From Cyanophora paradoxa CCMP329 (taxonomy: Eukaryota > Plantae > Glaucophyta): 64,000 nucleotides of DNA. Shown here in pieces: positions 1 through 11,540 of this stretch (the stretch's first letter is position 1; each line of letters opens with the position of its first letter). Under the pieces are notes generated by a model. That model was not told the origin of the DNA, searched no databases, and saw only the letters and a list, made by a program, of their open reading frames with translations. A program made the position numbers and the translations under genes. Where the stretch lies: assembly GCA_004431415.1 (NCBI GenBank), contig QPMI01000093.1:124001-188000 (forward strand). The letters are read 5' to 3'.

Positions 1-589
1 GCTCGATTCCACGAACAGTCACCAAGGCGATGAGCTCAAAATTTTGACGCGGTTACTATGGCAACCGCGTCAGGGGCCCAACGACCGAAGCGACCAAGTG
101 CCAAAAAAATGATGTCATGGCCCTTTCGGTCGTTAACAAGTACCAGCTCTTTTGCATTGAGGGACTTGAGAAAGTACCGTCTCTAGCGTATCCGGTTTTC
201 GGCCTGAGTACCCGCTCCGCACTGCGGCAGGCTGCGCATGCAGGCTCACTGAGTCAGGAAGTGGCTGCCAGTGCATGCACATGCGTTGTACTACAGTACC
301 TAGATCTGCCGCAGACTGGCCGCACGCGGCAGTATCGTAGTACTAGTAGTAGTCTAGTACTATTAGTACTACGTACTACGGTATATTATATAACGTCCTA
401 CGTATACGCCGTGTGACGGGCGTACGGCAGGCTGCAGCTGCCCAGTGCCCGCGGCCGGTCCCAGAAAGCGCTGCACTACTGTGCTAGCGCTGTCTGCTTG
501 CCTCGCCTGGGCTCAGCGGTACTAGCTATAGTCTTCTTCGGCGCCGGGGCACGACCCACGGCCCGGCGGTTTAACGTTGCCGGTCAACG

Positions 590-3500
590 ATGGTGAAGTT
601 TAGGTGGCATCGCAGCAAAGAAGAACGCAAGAAGAATGCTTCGCATCCGACCGCGATCGATGAACAGCTATCGGTACCGGTGCGCTCGCGCTCGCGCATT
701 TTCACGCGCATATGTATGCACGCCGGAGGGCATATTATAGATCTGCCGTAGATCAGGGCACGTCTCGATCGATCTCATGGCCTCTAAAAATGCTCGCTTG
801 CGCAGGAGTTTCAGCAGCGCCCACGGGATCGGGACGCTGGCGAACCGCAGGCCACGGCCGTGGCTGGGGAGAGCGGCCTCGTTGTGGTGACAATCAACGA
901 TCCACCCGTACACGCTACACGGGACGAAAAGGCGCTGGACCCCGAAGCCATGCAAATGCCCGTGCAAATGCACACATCTTCGGATATGGTATCAGCTTCA
1001 GCGCTCAGCGAGCTCGAGCCGAAAGCTCGCGGCAAGAGACGGGATTATTCCAGTGCACCGCTTCCCGATCCCCGCCCTGAAAAGCAAATCCAGTTCCACG
1101 ACGCGTGCGTCCACGATTTTCTTTATGTATGGTCGTCTTCGACAACATATATATCACTATATATCTTGACCTTCGGTTGGCCACAGTGCCGTCAGCTACG
1201 CCCGATCCTTCACCAGCGGGAAAGTGGCGACGCCCTCCGTTACAAATGCGCCCTTTGCCGCAACCCTCGCTCAAGGCCTTCAACGCTTCGGGTTGAGAGT
1301 GTGTATAATTTCATTTTATCAACGTCCATGCGCGCACATGGAAACTGAATCGACTTATAGACATGGTACGACAAAAAGAAGAAGGCCGATCATGGAGGAG
1401 GTATTGCGAGTGTGCAGCACCAGAAGCGGATCTCAGCAGCTATTGAGGGATGTGAATGTTTCATCGTTGTCGCGACAAAAGGTGCCCATTACCGTATCTG
1501 CATTTTATGACCTCGAAAGACGCAACATTTCACTGACCTTCGCCTCGAATAGAATGGTTCCGGTCACCGTGCGTTTCGCTTTTATCTCGCATGCTCGACT
1601 ACAACTCCCCCCCTCCCCCCTAACCCCAACTCCAATCCCTTGCTTTGTATGCTGGCCTGATCAGAAGGGGTGTTGACAGGGCTTGCCTCGTCGAGCTCGA
1701 CCACGCGGTTTGGCTCGGGCGCAAGATTGTCGCACTGTCAATTGGAACAAGTGTCCGCACGGCAGCGTCAGCCATTGGCACGGCCGAGGCGCGGGCTGCT
1801 GCTGCTATTCTGTCGAAGCACATGCAGATCAGCGTGAAGGAGTTGAGAGGAGCTGACCTTGCCCGAGTTCTGGATCGCCTAGCAGTGACGATTCGGGTCA
1901 GCCTTCAATGCTCTACTTGCACTCAATATATATATTATATACAGCGGACATCACGACGGATCTGATGCTGATTTCAACCGCAGCCCCAGGGAGCGTCAGT
2001 GGTTGAGCCAGGTGATTGCAATGTACACTTTATTACAGCGCGGGTTGCGCGCTTTGAATTTCAGCATCATGATCAGCATTGATATTGCGATCGATATCTT
2101 CAGAGGCGATATATATATTGTCGCTAAACGAACCTGCTTCGCAGATGCAAACGTCCCGATCAAGCCGTACGACGTCATGGTCTCGTGAGCATCCTTAAGC
2201 CTGCACATGAGCGTCAGCGTATCGCAAGTCTAATATCAATACCGCTCCTCTGCGATATACAGGTATCGCCGAAAGCAGACAGCAGAAATGCAGGTGTGCA
2301 CGAATATTAATCACGACTCTTCTTCAAAATAAACCAGTCACGTGCCACAGGTCATCTGTCATATCTTGAAGGAGCGGGCGATCTCGCACTGGGTTGATGT
2401 GGACAGAGAAAATGGTGAACACTGCTTATCGTTTCCGTACTGATTGCGAAATGCTACTTATTCATTGAGATCGTGGGCCTGCAAACTAAAAGGAATCCTG
2501 AAAGGAGTGCAATGGTTCGTACATGGTTGTTCGTTTAGTTCAAGTGCATATCTTTTTTCGTTCCTGGCTTTTTTGAATTCTTGAATTTGCGCAGGGGCAA
2601 GTCTATTGCAGCCGCTATTAAGGGAGCCTCGGTTGTACTCATCCTTCTCACAAACGATTGGCTTCAATCTCAGTACTGGTGTGTACGTATATACTTGTGC
2701 TAGAGCACTCGCTTTCGAGAGCTCATTCCCGATTTGATTTGGCATTGCGCAGCGTTGACGGTGTGCACACTCTCTATGATCAAATGTCGCGATTGGACAA
2801 TCCTATTACCTCTGACGATGCATAACCCCCCATTTCTGCATCTGGTCTTATTCCGTGTATGATCTTTTCCCGCAGAATTCGAATACGCCCAGGCGCAGAA
2901 CAAGCGCGTTGTGTACGTGTAACAGATAACTTTGCTTTCTTTGAATTAATTTTTTATCTCACTTATATATCACGATCGTTGTCTGATTTATGCACGTTTC
3001 GCTCTTTTGCATGCGTGGCAGGGTGCTCCAGCTGGAGGATATTGCTCCGCTGCCAGAGGAACTCGACGACGATGCGTCGGATTTCGCGCGCAGCTTCCTT
3101 CGGTGCGTTGACCTTTTGGCTTTTGGCTGCCGCTGATCATGAGTTGCCGTCACTCAATTGCAAACTCCGTACAGCCGGCAGCAGATGTGTATCGATGTGA
3201 GTCTTTTTTCATAGAGTCATGCATTTCTTTATTATTACTTGGCTTATTGATGTCCGGCAGGCGATAACCAAGTGGTAGGCCCTGCAAATGATAAAGAAGG
3301 ATATCAATCTGATCAAGATCCGAAGCTTGGCAGCACAATTTTGCAACCGCTGATTTGCTCCCACAGGCAGAAAGTTCGGTTCACTGCGCTCCTAGGAAAG
3401 AAGACGGCTGACCTCGAAGTGGTTGCCAACGACCCTGTGTTCTGCGAATCTGTCAAAGAAATGGAGGAGGCCATCATGGTACGTAAACTATATAGCTATT

Positions 3501-6500
3501 GTTTAATTCGCTCACCGTGAACATGGCTCACGCATCCGCATGCAGGTTGATGCAGATAACTCGCGGTGAGAGCGATATCTACGTATATACACAGCTTATC
3601 GCGATCGATGCGAGCTCGAGCATCGCAGGCTGCACACGCAGCTGACCCTGCGGGCGGACAAGTACAAAGAGGGTGCTCAAGCAAGCATGCGCTCAGATGC
3701 GCTTGATTAATTTGGCGTAATGCGCTCCTCTCAGCCCTGGGCTTCTCCCCGTCGACCCGTTGGACTGGTATCGACAGCGTCAGGCTCAAAACAATTGCAA
3801 AGAAGAAGCGCGAAAGAGCATCGGCATTTCTTCTTCATGGTCTTGCACTGGAGGAGGCCAACGAGGTTTGCTCTCGTAACTACCTTCTCGATACATGTAC
3901 GGCTCAAGAGTCATTTTCAACTTAGTGGCTGGACAAAACTGGACATGCCGTGCCTCAGAGGGCTTTCTTCTGGCTTCTTCCCGAGAGTGTGCAAGCGAAT
4001 CTGGATGCATACTTTGCGAGGTTCAATAAAAAGAAGGTGCAAATATACTGCTGTCTCTTTGAACATCTGTGAGCATGTCTTGATTTGTTTTTGCTTGGTC
4101 ACAGGAGAAAAAGCAGTGGAGTGGAACTTCGTTCTTGTGCTTCAAAAGCCCAATGGTGATTAATGCCGGGCTAGGGGCACCGAGCCCATCTTTTGATGAT
4201 ATATGTGTAATTGCGCACTGCCAGTATGCAAGCGAGCAAGCGGAGAGAATTAAATCGAGTGGATCGATGTTCTGCTGCTTCAAGAGCCCAATGGTGAGAC
4301 CCTGCTCCATGGTTCATTCCCACATGCGTGTGTGAATCTGCACGGTCAGTTCGCCCGCAAGCAACCGGAGAGCGAGAAACTCGACAATAAAAAGGTAAAT
4401 TACTGCCTATGCCTGCACACACACACGCATAGCTCTTACATTGACAATATTGTGTACGATTGCACGCGGTCAGGGCGCCCGGCAGGAACACATTGGAGCG
4501 ACGCGCGAGATGAAATCGAGTGGAACGCCATTCTGCTGCTTCAAGAGTCCCATGGTAAGACACCGCTGTAAATATAACCATGGGATGGCTCGACCGTGAC
4601 TGCGTGACTGTGCACTACCAGTACACCGACGACCACAAGGAGACTCAATCGCGACCAAAATCCTTGCATGTGGCCGAGGAAAGGCCAGCGCCCAAGATGG
4701 GTACGCCGTTCTTGTGCTTCAAGAGCCCGATGGTGCTAAGCTGCCACACTCTGCATCTCTTTATATACAATATGAAGCCTGACGATCCGTATTTCATCGT
4801 GTGCGTCCAGTACGACCGCAAGCAAGAGGAGACCGGGCCTGAGCGAGCGACCGATCGCGATCGCGAGGTCACAAAATCGATGGGAACGCCATTCTTGTGC
4901 TTCAAGAGCCCGATGGTGACAAACATCTCCCGCTGCAAGCAGCATGCCCACAGTCTCTAACCGTTTCTTAATACCTTGGCGCGTTCATGACCAGTACGAC
5001 CATGAGGATGAAGAGGAGAGCTCGAGCAAGAAATCGAGCGGATCAGTATTCTCCTGCTTCAAGCGGAAGGTGAAACGTTATTACGGATGTGAATATGTAT
5101 CTCAATGCATGTCTGTAACAAATTGATAGAAGGCGTTTCGGCAACCGGAGGATGTTGACTCGGAGGACGTGCAAGCGGGTGGAAAGGCGTTTCTGGAGCC
5201 GACGCCCGAGCATGTCGTAAGCGCACTGAGATTTAATTATTTCTTCCGCATTAGATTTCTTGAGTTGCAACGCCAAGGCTCAAACCACGTGCGCATGAGC
5301 AGGTGCTTGTACGTCACAGTGTTCGCCAAGCACTCAGCGAGAAACGGCGCCTCGCGAGCTACACCTGTATTTTCATTGCAGGTGCACTGGCATCAGAAAC
5401 CATGCACGGAGTTTCGCCACTTGCCTGTCTCACACTTCAATTTTCCCGTGCAGTTGTGACTGCCCTACTCGTTATTGCCGCCAGTTTTCTCATTGATGCT
5501 GAAATCAACAAGGCAAGGGCTCAAAATACAGCGGCTCAGCACAGCGACTTCCTCGGGGAATTGGGAACGATTGAAACCCAGCTCTACTTGGAGATCAAGA
5601 CCTTGCAGGAGGAGCTTAAAAGCCTTGATCTGGATTTAGACATTGTTGCGAACAAGATACTCAAGATACAACCCGTTACTTTGCAAAATTTGACTGCCAC
5701 GCACAACCTTACGGACGTTGATGAGCTCATCAAATTCTTCAAATCTCCACCCGCAACTGCAGCAGCAGCGTTGAATGCAACTTTAGCAGCAGCCTTGAAT
5801 GCAACTGGTGCAGGAGCCTTGAATTCAACTGCAGCAGCGGCCTTGAAATCGACTGCAGCAGCTGCCTTGAAGTCGACTGCAGCGTTCAACAATGAAACTG
5901 TGGTGACTACGAGCAATTCGACTGCGGCGGTTAACCGCACCCTACTGCAACTTCGATTGGATTTGTCTCGGCGGGCAAGGGACCTCGATCTTCAGCGTCA
6001 GCAGTGGGCTCAGGGGCAGGTTAAAAACGCTAAGACGCGGCTTGAAAACGAACTACGGAGCAAAGCGGACATGCGCAATGTAACTGCGGAGCAGCGCAAT
6101 GTAACTGTGGATCGACGCAATGTCACTGCAGAGCAACGCAATGTAACTGCGGAGCAACGTAACAGAACGAGCCTGCACATCGTAATTGCAGAGCTATGCA
6201 ACATAGCGACACTGCGCATTGCATCTGCGGAGCAACTCGCTGAATATGCTGGGAAACTCGACAAGACCGCGGCGCTCGTCGAGGAAACGGGGCGAGTCAA
6301 CTGCAACGACCTTCGAGTGTATTTCAGAGCGAGCCTGCACACCGTATTTGCGGAGACATGCGATATAGCGACACTGCGCATTGCATCTGCGGAGCAACTC
6401 TATGCTGGGAAACTCACCGCGACCGCGGCGCTCGTTAACGAAACGGGGCAAGTCAACTGCAACGACCTTCGAGTGTCTTTCAGAGCGAGCCTGCACACCG

Positions 6501-9500
6501 TATTTGCGGAGACATGCGATATAGCGACACTGCGCAATGCATCAGCGGAGCAACTCGCTAAATATGATGTGAAACTCACCACGACCGCGGCGCTCGTAGA
6601 GGAAACGGGGCAAGTCGACTGCAACGACCTTCGATTATACTTTATAGACCTGGAGGTGCGGCGCGCGCTAATCTTGGCTTCCCCTCCGCTTATTTATTAT
6701 TCACCTATTTGAACCGGAACAGCTGCAGAACAACGTTAACGCGGTCGCGTACTACTCCTATTTGAATTCGACAAAAAGCGTCGAGGCACTACTTCGCGCC
6801 GTAAACGCCACGTGCTACACGGAAATCGATTCTTTTTACAGGATGATACTGGATATTCGGAATTACAACAATTATGACTGCGCAAACTGGGGTTCAATTC
6901 AAGACAAAACTGAGAGGGGAAAGTGGAGATCTAGCATGACTCCTTCTGAACTTGTTGCCTTGGTCGTCGATGACGCGTTCGGTTCTGTGTCGACGCCTGC
7001 AAATATCACGGTGTGCAACTGCCGCAGGGGGCTATATCCTGCGCTTGCGTGTGCCCGCCTGCAGCTTGAAGCTCATGAAATGCAATATATCAGGTGCCTA
7101 AGCCGACATTCGAGAGATTCACGCACAGCGTGACATACGAGTGCGTGTTTTCTTGATTTAACCCTAACTCTAAGTTCGATTTGGAATGTGTGATAATCTG
7201 TCGCAGGTTTTTCACTAATTCTTATGCTGGCTGGCCGGGTTGCTCAAATTACGATCGTATCTCTGAATACAGTGCGAATTTTTACGGCCTGTCATATGCG
7301 GTGCGTTGGGACTCGAGTGCAGAAGCCTCGGACAATTTTTAGCATAACCACGTTTGACCGGCGATGGCAACAGCCGTATACAGCAAAGATCGGAAACGGC
7401 GAGTGCATCAAAACCGAGTCCGTTACGGTGCACCTAAAGCCTCGAATTCAGATACATGCCACGGATATTCAATTTACTTCGGATTTCATATAACAGTTCA
7501 ACGACTCATCAAATTCCCGAGAAGTAAACCTGCGTACCTACAATGTGTTGGGTGAACTTTCCAACGAATACAGTGCACCTTACGTCAGGGTACCTGAGAT
7601 TTTTGAGGCTGAAGCTTTCAGCCTCAATTGCAAGCTCACTTTTGCTTCGAATTTGCGATTTCCGTAGGTTCGGTGCTCTCTCGATGGCAGTTTCAATGTG
7701 GACGGCTTCATGGACGCTCAGTGCACTCGGCCTGCTTCTTATGGATCATCCTACTAGTGAGTGCTGTAGATATGCTCATGTGAAATAAGGACTCCCATAA
7801 CGCATCCCCGCACGCACAAAAAGCTCTGGAGGTGCTAGCTATTGCAAGAAAGCCCAGACTTACACTCTCAATGTACATGCACGTGGCGTCTACTTCGCTT
7901 ACAAGGCATTCTGCAAGTCCTTAACAAGCTCTGGCCATGGCTCAGGATCCGTATGTGCTTGCCCCGCCGTTCTGTCCTCACAATCGTGCTCAAGGCTTTT
8001 ATCTAGAGCGGATCGGAGAGCGGATCCTCTACGACTACGCCGATTGATGAAACAACGACGTCGACTATGCCGGAACCGGCGCCGGCGCCTCCGACGAACG
8101 CCAGCTCCAGACCCGTATGCGCCCCGGCCCGCCCACAAACTCGGGCAACTCAATTCTAATCCAATCCTTTGCTATTCAAGACTCCAACACCTACTCCCAA
8201 ACCTAGCCCTACGCCTTTGCCGAGCTTGGTCGTAGATTTCTTGTGCGTTGGTGACATTGATTTCTATCAAGATATACAGTGATAGCTTTTTTCCATCATT
8301 GGCATCATGGAGATTAATATTTCCGTTGCAGATTCAATAATGCAGACTGCAGCGGACGCGATGGTGCTTACGGAAAGTACACGATTGAGATCCCAGACAG
8401 AAGATGCATAGATCCCCTTACAATTCGGGTGCCTCTACAGCGTCACTCAAATTCCTCTTTAGATCTGATCGAAATCGCGCGATCAGTTTATTGAGGACAA
8501 TGGAAATGCAGCGTCAGCGTTCACATCCAGTTATTTGCGAAACGCTATAAGCCCTTTGGGTCGGGGTTACATCACGGTATCTGACAATATTCACCCAAAT
8601 AGAGAAGCGAATCTTCCATCGTATCGTACTAACATTCACTTCTTTGTAGGCGAAATGCGATGAGGACCGGTTCTACACGTATGCGTACACGTCGTCGAGT
8701 TGCCCTTCGTGGAGTTCGGTAGCGTCGTCCACCTTCAGGTGAGTGAAAGACGAATAACACTCCCGGCTCTTTTATAATATATTTATAAAGCCTCACACCT
8801 TTCTCGAACTCAGCTCTTTCGGCACTCAAAAATGCATGACATCCACATACTTAGGAAGTACCAACACCTACAAAGTTGCTTGCAGGGCGAAGACAACGCC
8901 TACGCCGACTCCCACGCCTAAAGTGCCATCAAGGGCGAACGTGACTTTCAAGTGCGTCTTTCCTGGTTTATTCAGCGACCGACCATGAAGTAAAGTTTAA
9001 GCTTGTTATAATTACGTTCACCGCAGGGTTTTCAGAAGGGCTTCGGACACTTTAGCCACGTGCGATCCGGCGACTGCCATCTCAGCTAGCGACGCAGCGT
9101 TTTACGGGTTTTCCACTCCAGTGCGCTATGATCCGCCTCAAACTCAACTGAATTGCAATTGGAGCTTAAGCACTGTCGACAGCCATTCACCGCGGAGTTT
9201 CCAGTCGATGAATGCATGAATGCAAATTCAATTCGGGTACTTTTTTTAGATCTCAAATTTGCGACTAGTTATTCGTAGTGACTCGCGTGGCTTGTAGTTC
9301 AAGGAGGCGTCGAACGAGACAATTGCGACTGCTCGAGAAGTGAACGAGAACACGCACACTGTCTTGCGTGACATTGTAGCAGGAGGAGCACCTTACGTCA
9401 AGGTACATGAAAATCGCTTCCAACATTAAATTTTGTGCTTGATTTTAAGTTAATATCGTGATCGCCCATCCTTCCAGGCGAGGTGCGAGATAGGCCAAAA

Positions 9501-9725
9501 CGGGAACCGTTACGTTGTGGAGGAGCACACGGACTCTCAGTGCACGGCGGCGACTGCGACAACCTTTCAGTAAGTGCTCTAAATCTGTAGTCCCTTGAAT
9601 ATATCTATATATCATGTTCACATCTTTTCCTCAGCTCGCCTACTGCATGCATCTGGAAACAACTAGCGCAAGTGCAGGCCGATGGCCACGAAGTCGATTA
9701 CCAGGTTATCTGCAGCAAACTATAG
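590..9725 (+). CDS. Multi-exon gene (>30 exons): tandem-TIR type-II transmembrane protein with a long N-glycosylated ectodomain
   Basis: Hand-spliced with GT-AG introns. TIR1: FHDAAVSYARS...FAATLAQGLQRFGLRTWYD...ISAAIEGCECFIVVATKEWFRSPACLVELDHAVWLGRKIVAL. TIR2: YDVMVSYRRK...LKERAISHWVD...WGKSIAAAIKGASVVLILLTNDWLQSQYCVDEFEYAQAQNKRVV. Linker: LHTQLTLRADKY...FLLHGLALEEANEWL...LEPTPEHVVLVRHSVRQALSEKRR. TM: LASYTCIFIAVVTALLVIAASFLI (~5350-5495). Many NxS/T sequons follow. The last exon ends ...DYQVICSKL-TAG at 9725. Continuity of the exons at 7.1-9.6 kb is less certain. Confidence 0.8.
1090..3105 (+). other. Two TIR (TIR_2-like) domains, split over about 13 exons
   Basis: The canonical TIR motif order (D-x-x-V-S-Y, W-x-D, I-x-x-A-I, hydrophobic strand, S-x-x-C-x-x-E, then K/R-I/V-V) is recovered twice after splicing. 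Confidence 0.85.
4105..5069 (+). repeat. Array of short phase-0 exons, six carrying a G[TS]xFxCFK motif (five end CFKSPM, one CFKRK)
   Basis: Exons 4105-4155, 4225-4293, 4350-4394 (spacer without the motif), 4474-4554, 4622-4732, 4811-4915 and 4995-5069. All lengths are multiples of 3 and all are bounded by AG/GT. Confidence 0.85.
5755..6650 (+). repeat. Coding repeats in the ectodomain: AAAL[NK][AS]T heptads, RNVTAEQ heptads and three ~52-54-aa Cys-containing repeats
   Basis: Visible in ORF 5303..6712. The unit SLHTVFAETCDIATLRIASAEQL..GKL..TAALVxETGxVNCNDLRVYFRA occurs three times. Confidence 0.9.
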
Positions 9726-10189
9726 TTCAAACCCCTCACACGACGGCTGGACGAGTCTTCACCTCTGACTTCGATTTCGAGATCTTCCACGTCTTCGAAT
9801 TCAGCAAAATCAGTTACATGATCTGGAGTCTGGCCGGCTATAGCTAGCGATACACTGTGATCAAGCAGATAGTTAATGTTTGAAAGTGCGCCCTTCTCGC
9901 AAGCAGGCGAGTGCAGTGCGGGTGCCCACACTAGTGAATCAGGGCCCGGGGGGCTGTTCCTATGGGGTATCCGTCACGCCGCGCTGTGCCGCGCCTGCGC
10001 TCTAGGGCCAAGTCCCCCCCCCCTCTTTCCCCCACCCCCCCACCCCCCAACCGCCCTCTTGGCCTGCACCCCTAGGCCTGGCGCCCATGCCCACGCCTCC
10101 CGTGCGCGCATCGCCGCCCCGCCACCCCTGCACCCCTGCCCCCCAGCCCCGTGTCCCAGCGCCCCTGCCCCCCGCGGCCCTCCACCCTC

Positions 10190-11540
10190 GCAAGTCGGGC
10201 TCCCTGCGCCCGCCCCGTCGCGCGAGACGTGGGTCTGAAGGGGGGAGAGGCGCGCACCAAGCGAGAGAAGGGTCGCCGCTGCGCCCCTGCCGACGCCGCG
10301 AGGGCGCCGCGAGTCGGGCTCCCTGCACACCCCGGGGCCCGCCCCGTCGCGCGAGGCGCAGCGCCGAAGCGTGGGGAGGCCGCCAGGCGCTCACCAAGCG
10401 AGAAAAGGGCCGCCGCTGCGCTCCGGCCACCCCTGCCGCGAGGGCGCCGCGAGTCGGGCTCCCTGCGCCCGCCCCGTCACGCGAGGCGCGGCGCCGAAGG
10501 GCGGGAGGCCCGCACCAAGCGTGAGAAGGGCTGCCGCTGCGCCCCGGCCACCCCCGCCGCGAGGGCGCCGCGAGTCGGGCTCCCTGCACCCGCCCCGTCG
10601 CGCGAGGCGCGGCGCCGAAGGGCGGGAAGCGCGCACCGAGCGAGAGAAGGGCCGCCGCTGCGCCCTGGCCACCTTCGCCGCGAGGGCGCCACGAGTCGGG
10701 CTCCCTGCACCCGCCCCGTCGCGCGAGGTGCGGCGCCGAAGGACTGGGAAGCGTGCACCGAGCGAGAGAAGGGCCGCCGCTGCGCCCCGGCCCCCCGGCG
10801 CCGCGATTCGGGCTCCCTGCGCCCGCCCCGTCACGGCGTCACGCGAGGCGCGGCGCCGAAGGGCGGGGAGGCGCGCAACAAGCGAGAGAAGGGCCACCAC
10901 TGCGCCCCGGCCCGGCGGCCGCCCCCACCCACGGCCGGGCCCCGAAGGCGCGCGAGGTTGCCGCGAGTTGGGCTCCCTGCACCAGCCCCGTCGCGCGGGG
11001 CGCAGCGCCGAAGGGCGGGGAGGCGTGCACCAAGCGAGAGAAGGGCCGCCGCTGCGCCCCGGCCGCCGGGCGCCCCCCGCCGCGAAGGGCGGCGAGGCGC
11101 GCACCGAGCGAGAGAAGGGCCGCCGCTGCGCCCCGGCCGCCCGGCCGCCCCTGCCGCGAGGGCGCCGCGAGTCGGGCTCCCTGCGCCCGCCCCGTCACGC
11201 GAGGCCGCGCGCCGCCGGGCGCGGCGCCGAATGACTGGGAGGCGCGCACCGAGCGAGAGAAGGGCCGCCGCTGCGCCCCGGCCGCCTGGCGCCCCCGCCG
11301 CGAGGGCGCTGCGAGTCGGGCTCCCTGCACCCGCCCGTCGACGTCGCGCGAGGCGCGGCGCCGAATGACTGGGAGGCGCGCACCGAGCGAGAGAAGGGTC
11401 GCCGCTGCGCCCCGCGGGCCGGCCAGCCCCACCGGTACCGTGAGGGCGCCGCGAGTCGGGCTCCCTGCGCCCGGCCCGCCCCGTCGCGCGAGGCGCGGCG
11501 CTGATCATGAGGGTCGGGGAGGCGCGCGCCAACCGAGAGA
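10190..11540. repeat. GC-rich tandem repeat (minisatellite/satellite), about 10 units of ~110-200 bp
   Basis: The anchor GAGTCGGGCTCCCTGC or a close variant occurs at ~10193, 10311, 10451, 10572, 10693, 10805, 10965, 11169, 11313 and 11453. Each unit also contains CACCGAGCGAGAGAAGGGCCGCCGCTGCG or a variant. Confidence 0.95.

Noticed and set aside
1575-1600. 'AFISHA' in ORF 1224..1676 looks like a TIR start motif
   Set aside because: It lies inside the intron starting at 1569. The true motif is DAAVSY, formed across the 1104/1187 junction.
9714-9725. C-terminal SKL (peroxisomal PTS1-like) on the TIR protein
   Set aside because: The C-terminus is predicted to be luminal/extracellular with many sequons, so this is probably coincidental. 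It also depends on the last-exon model.
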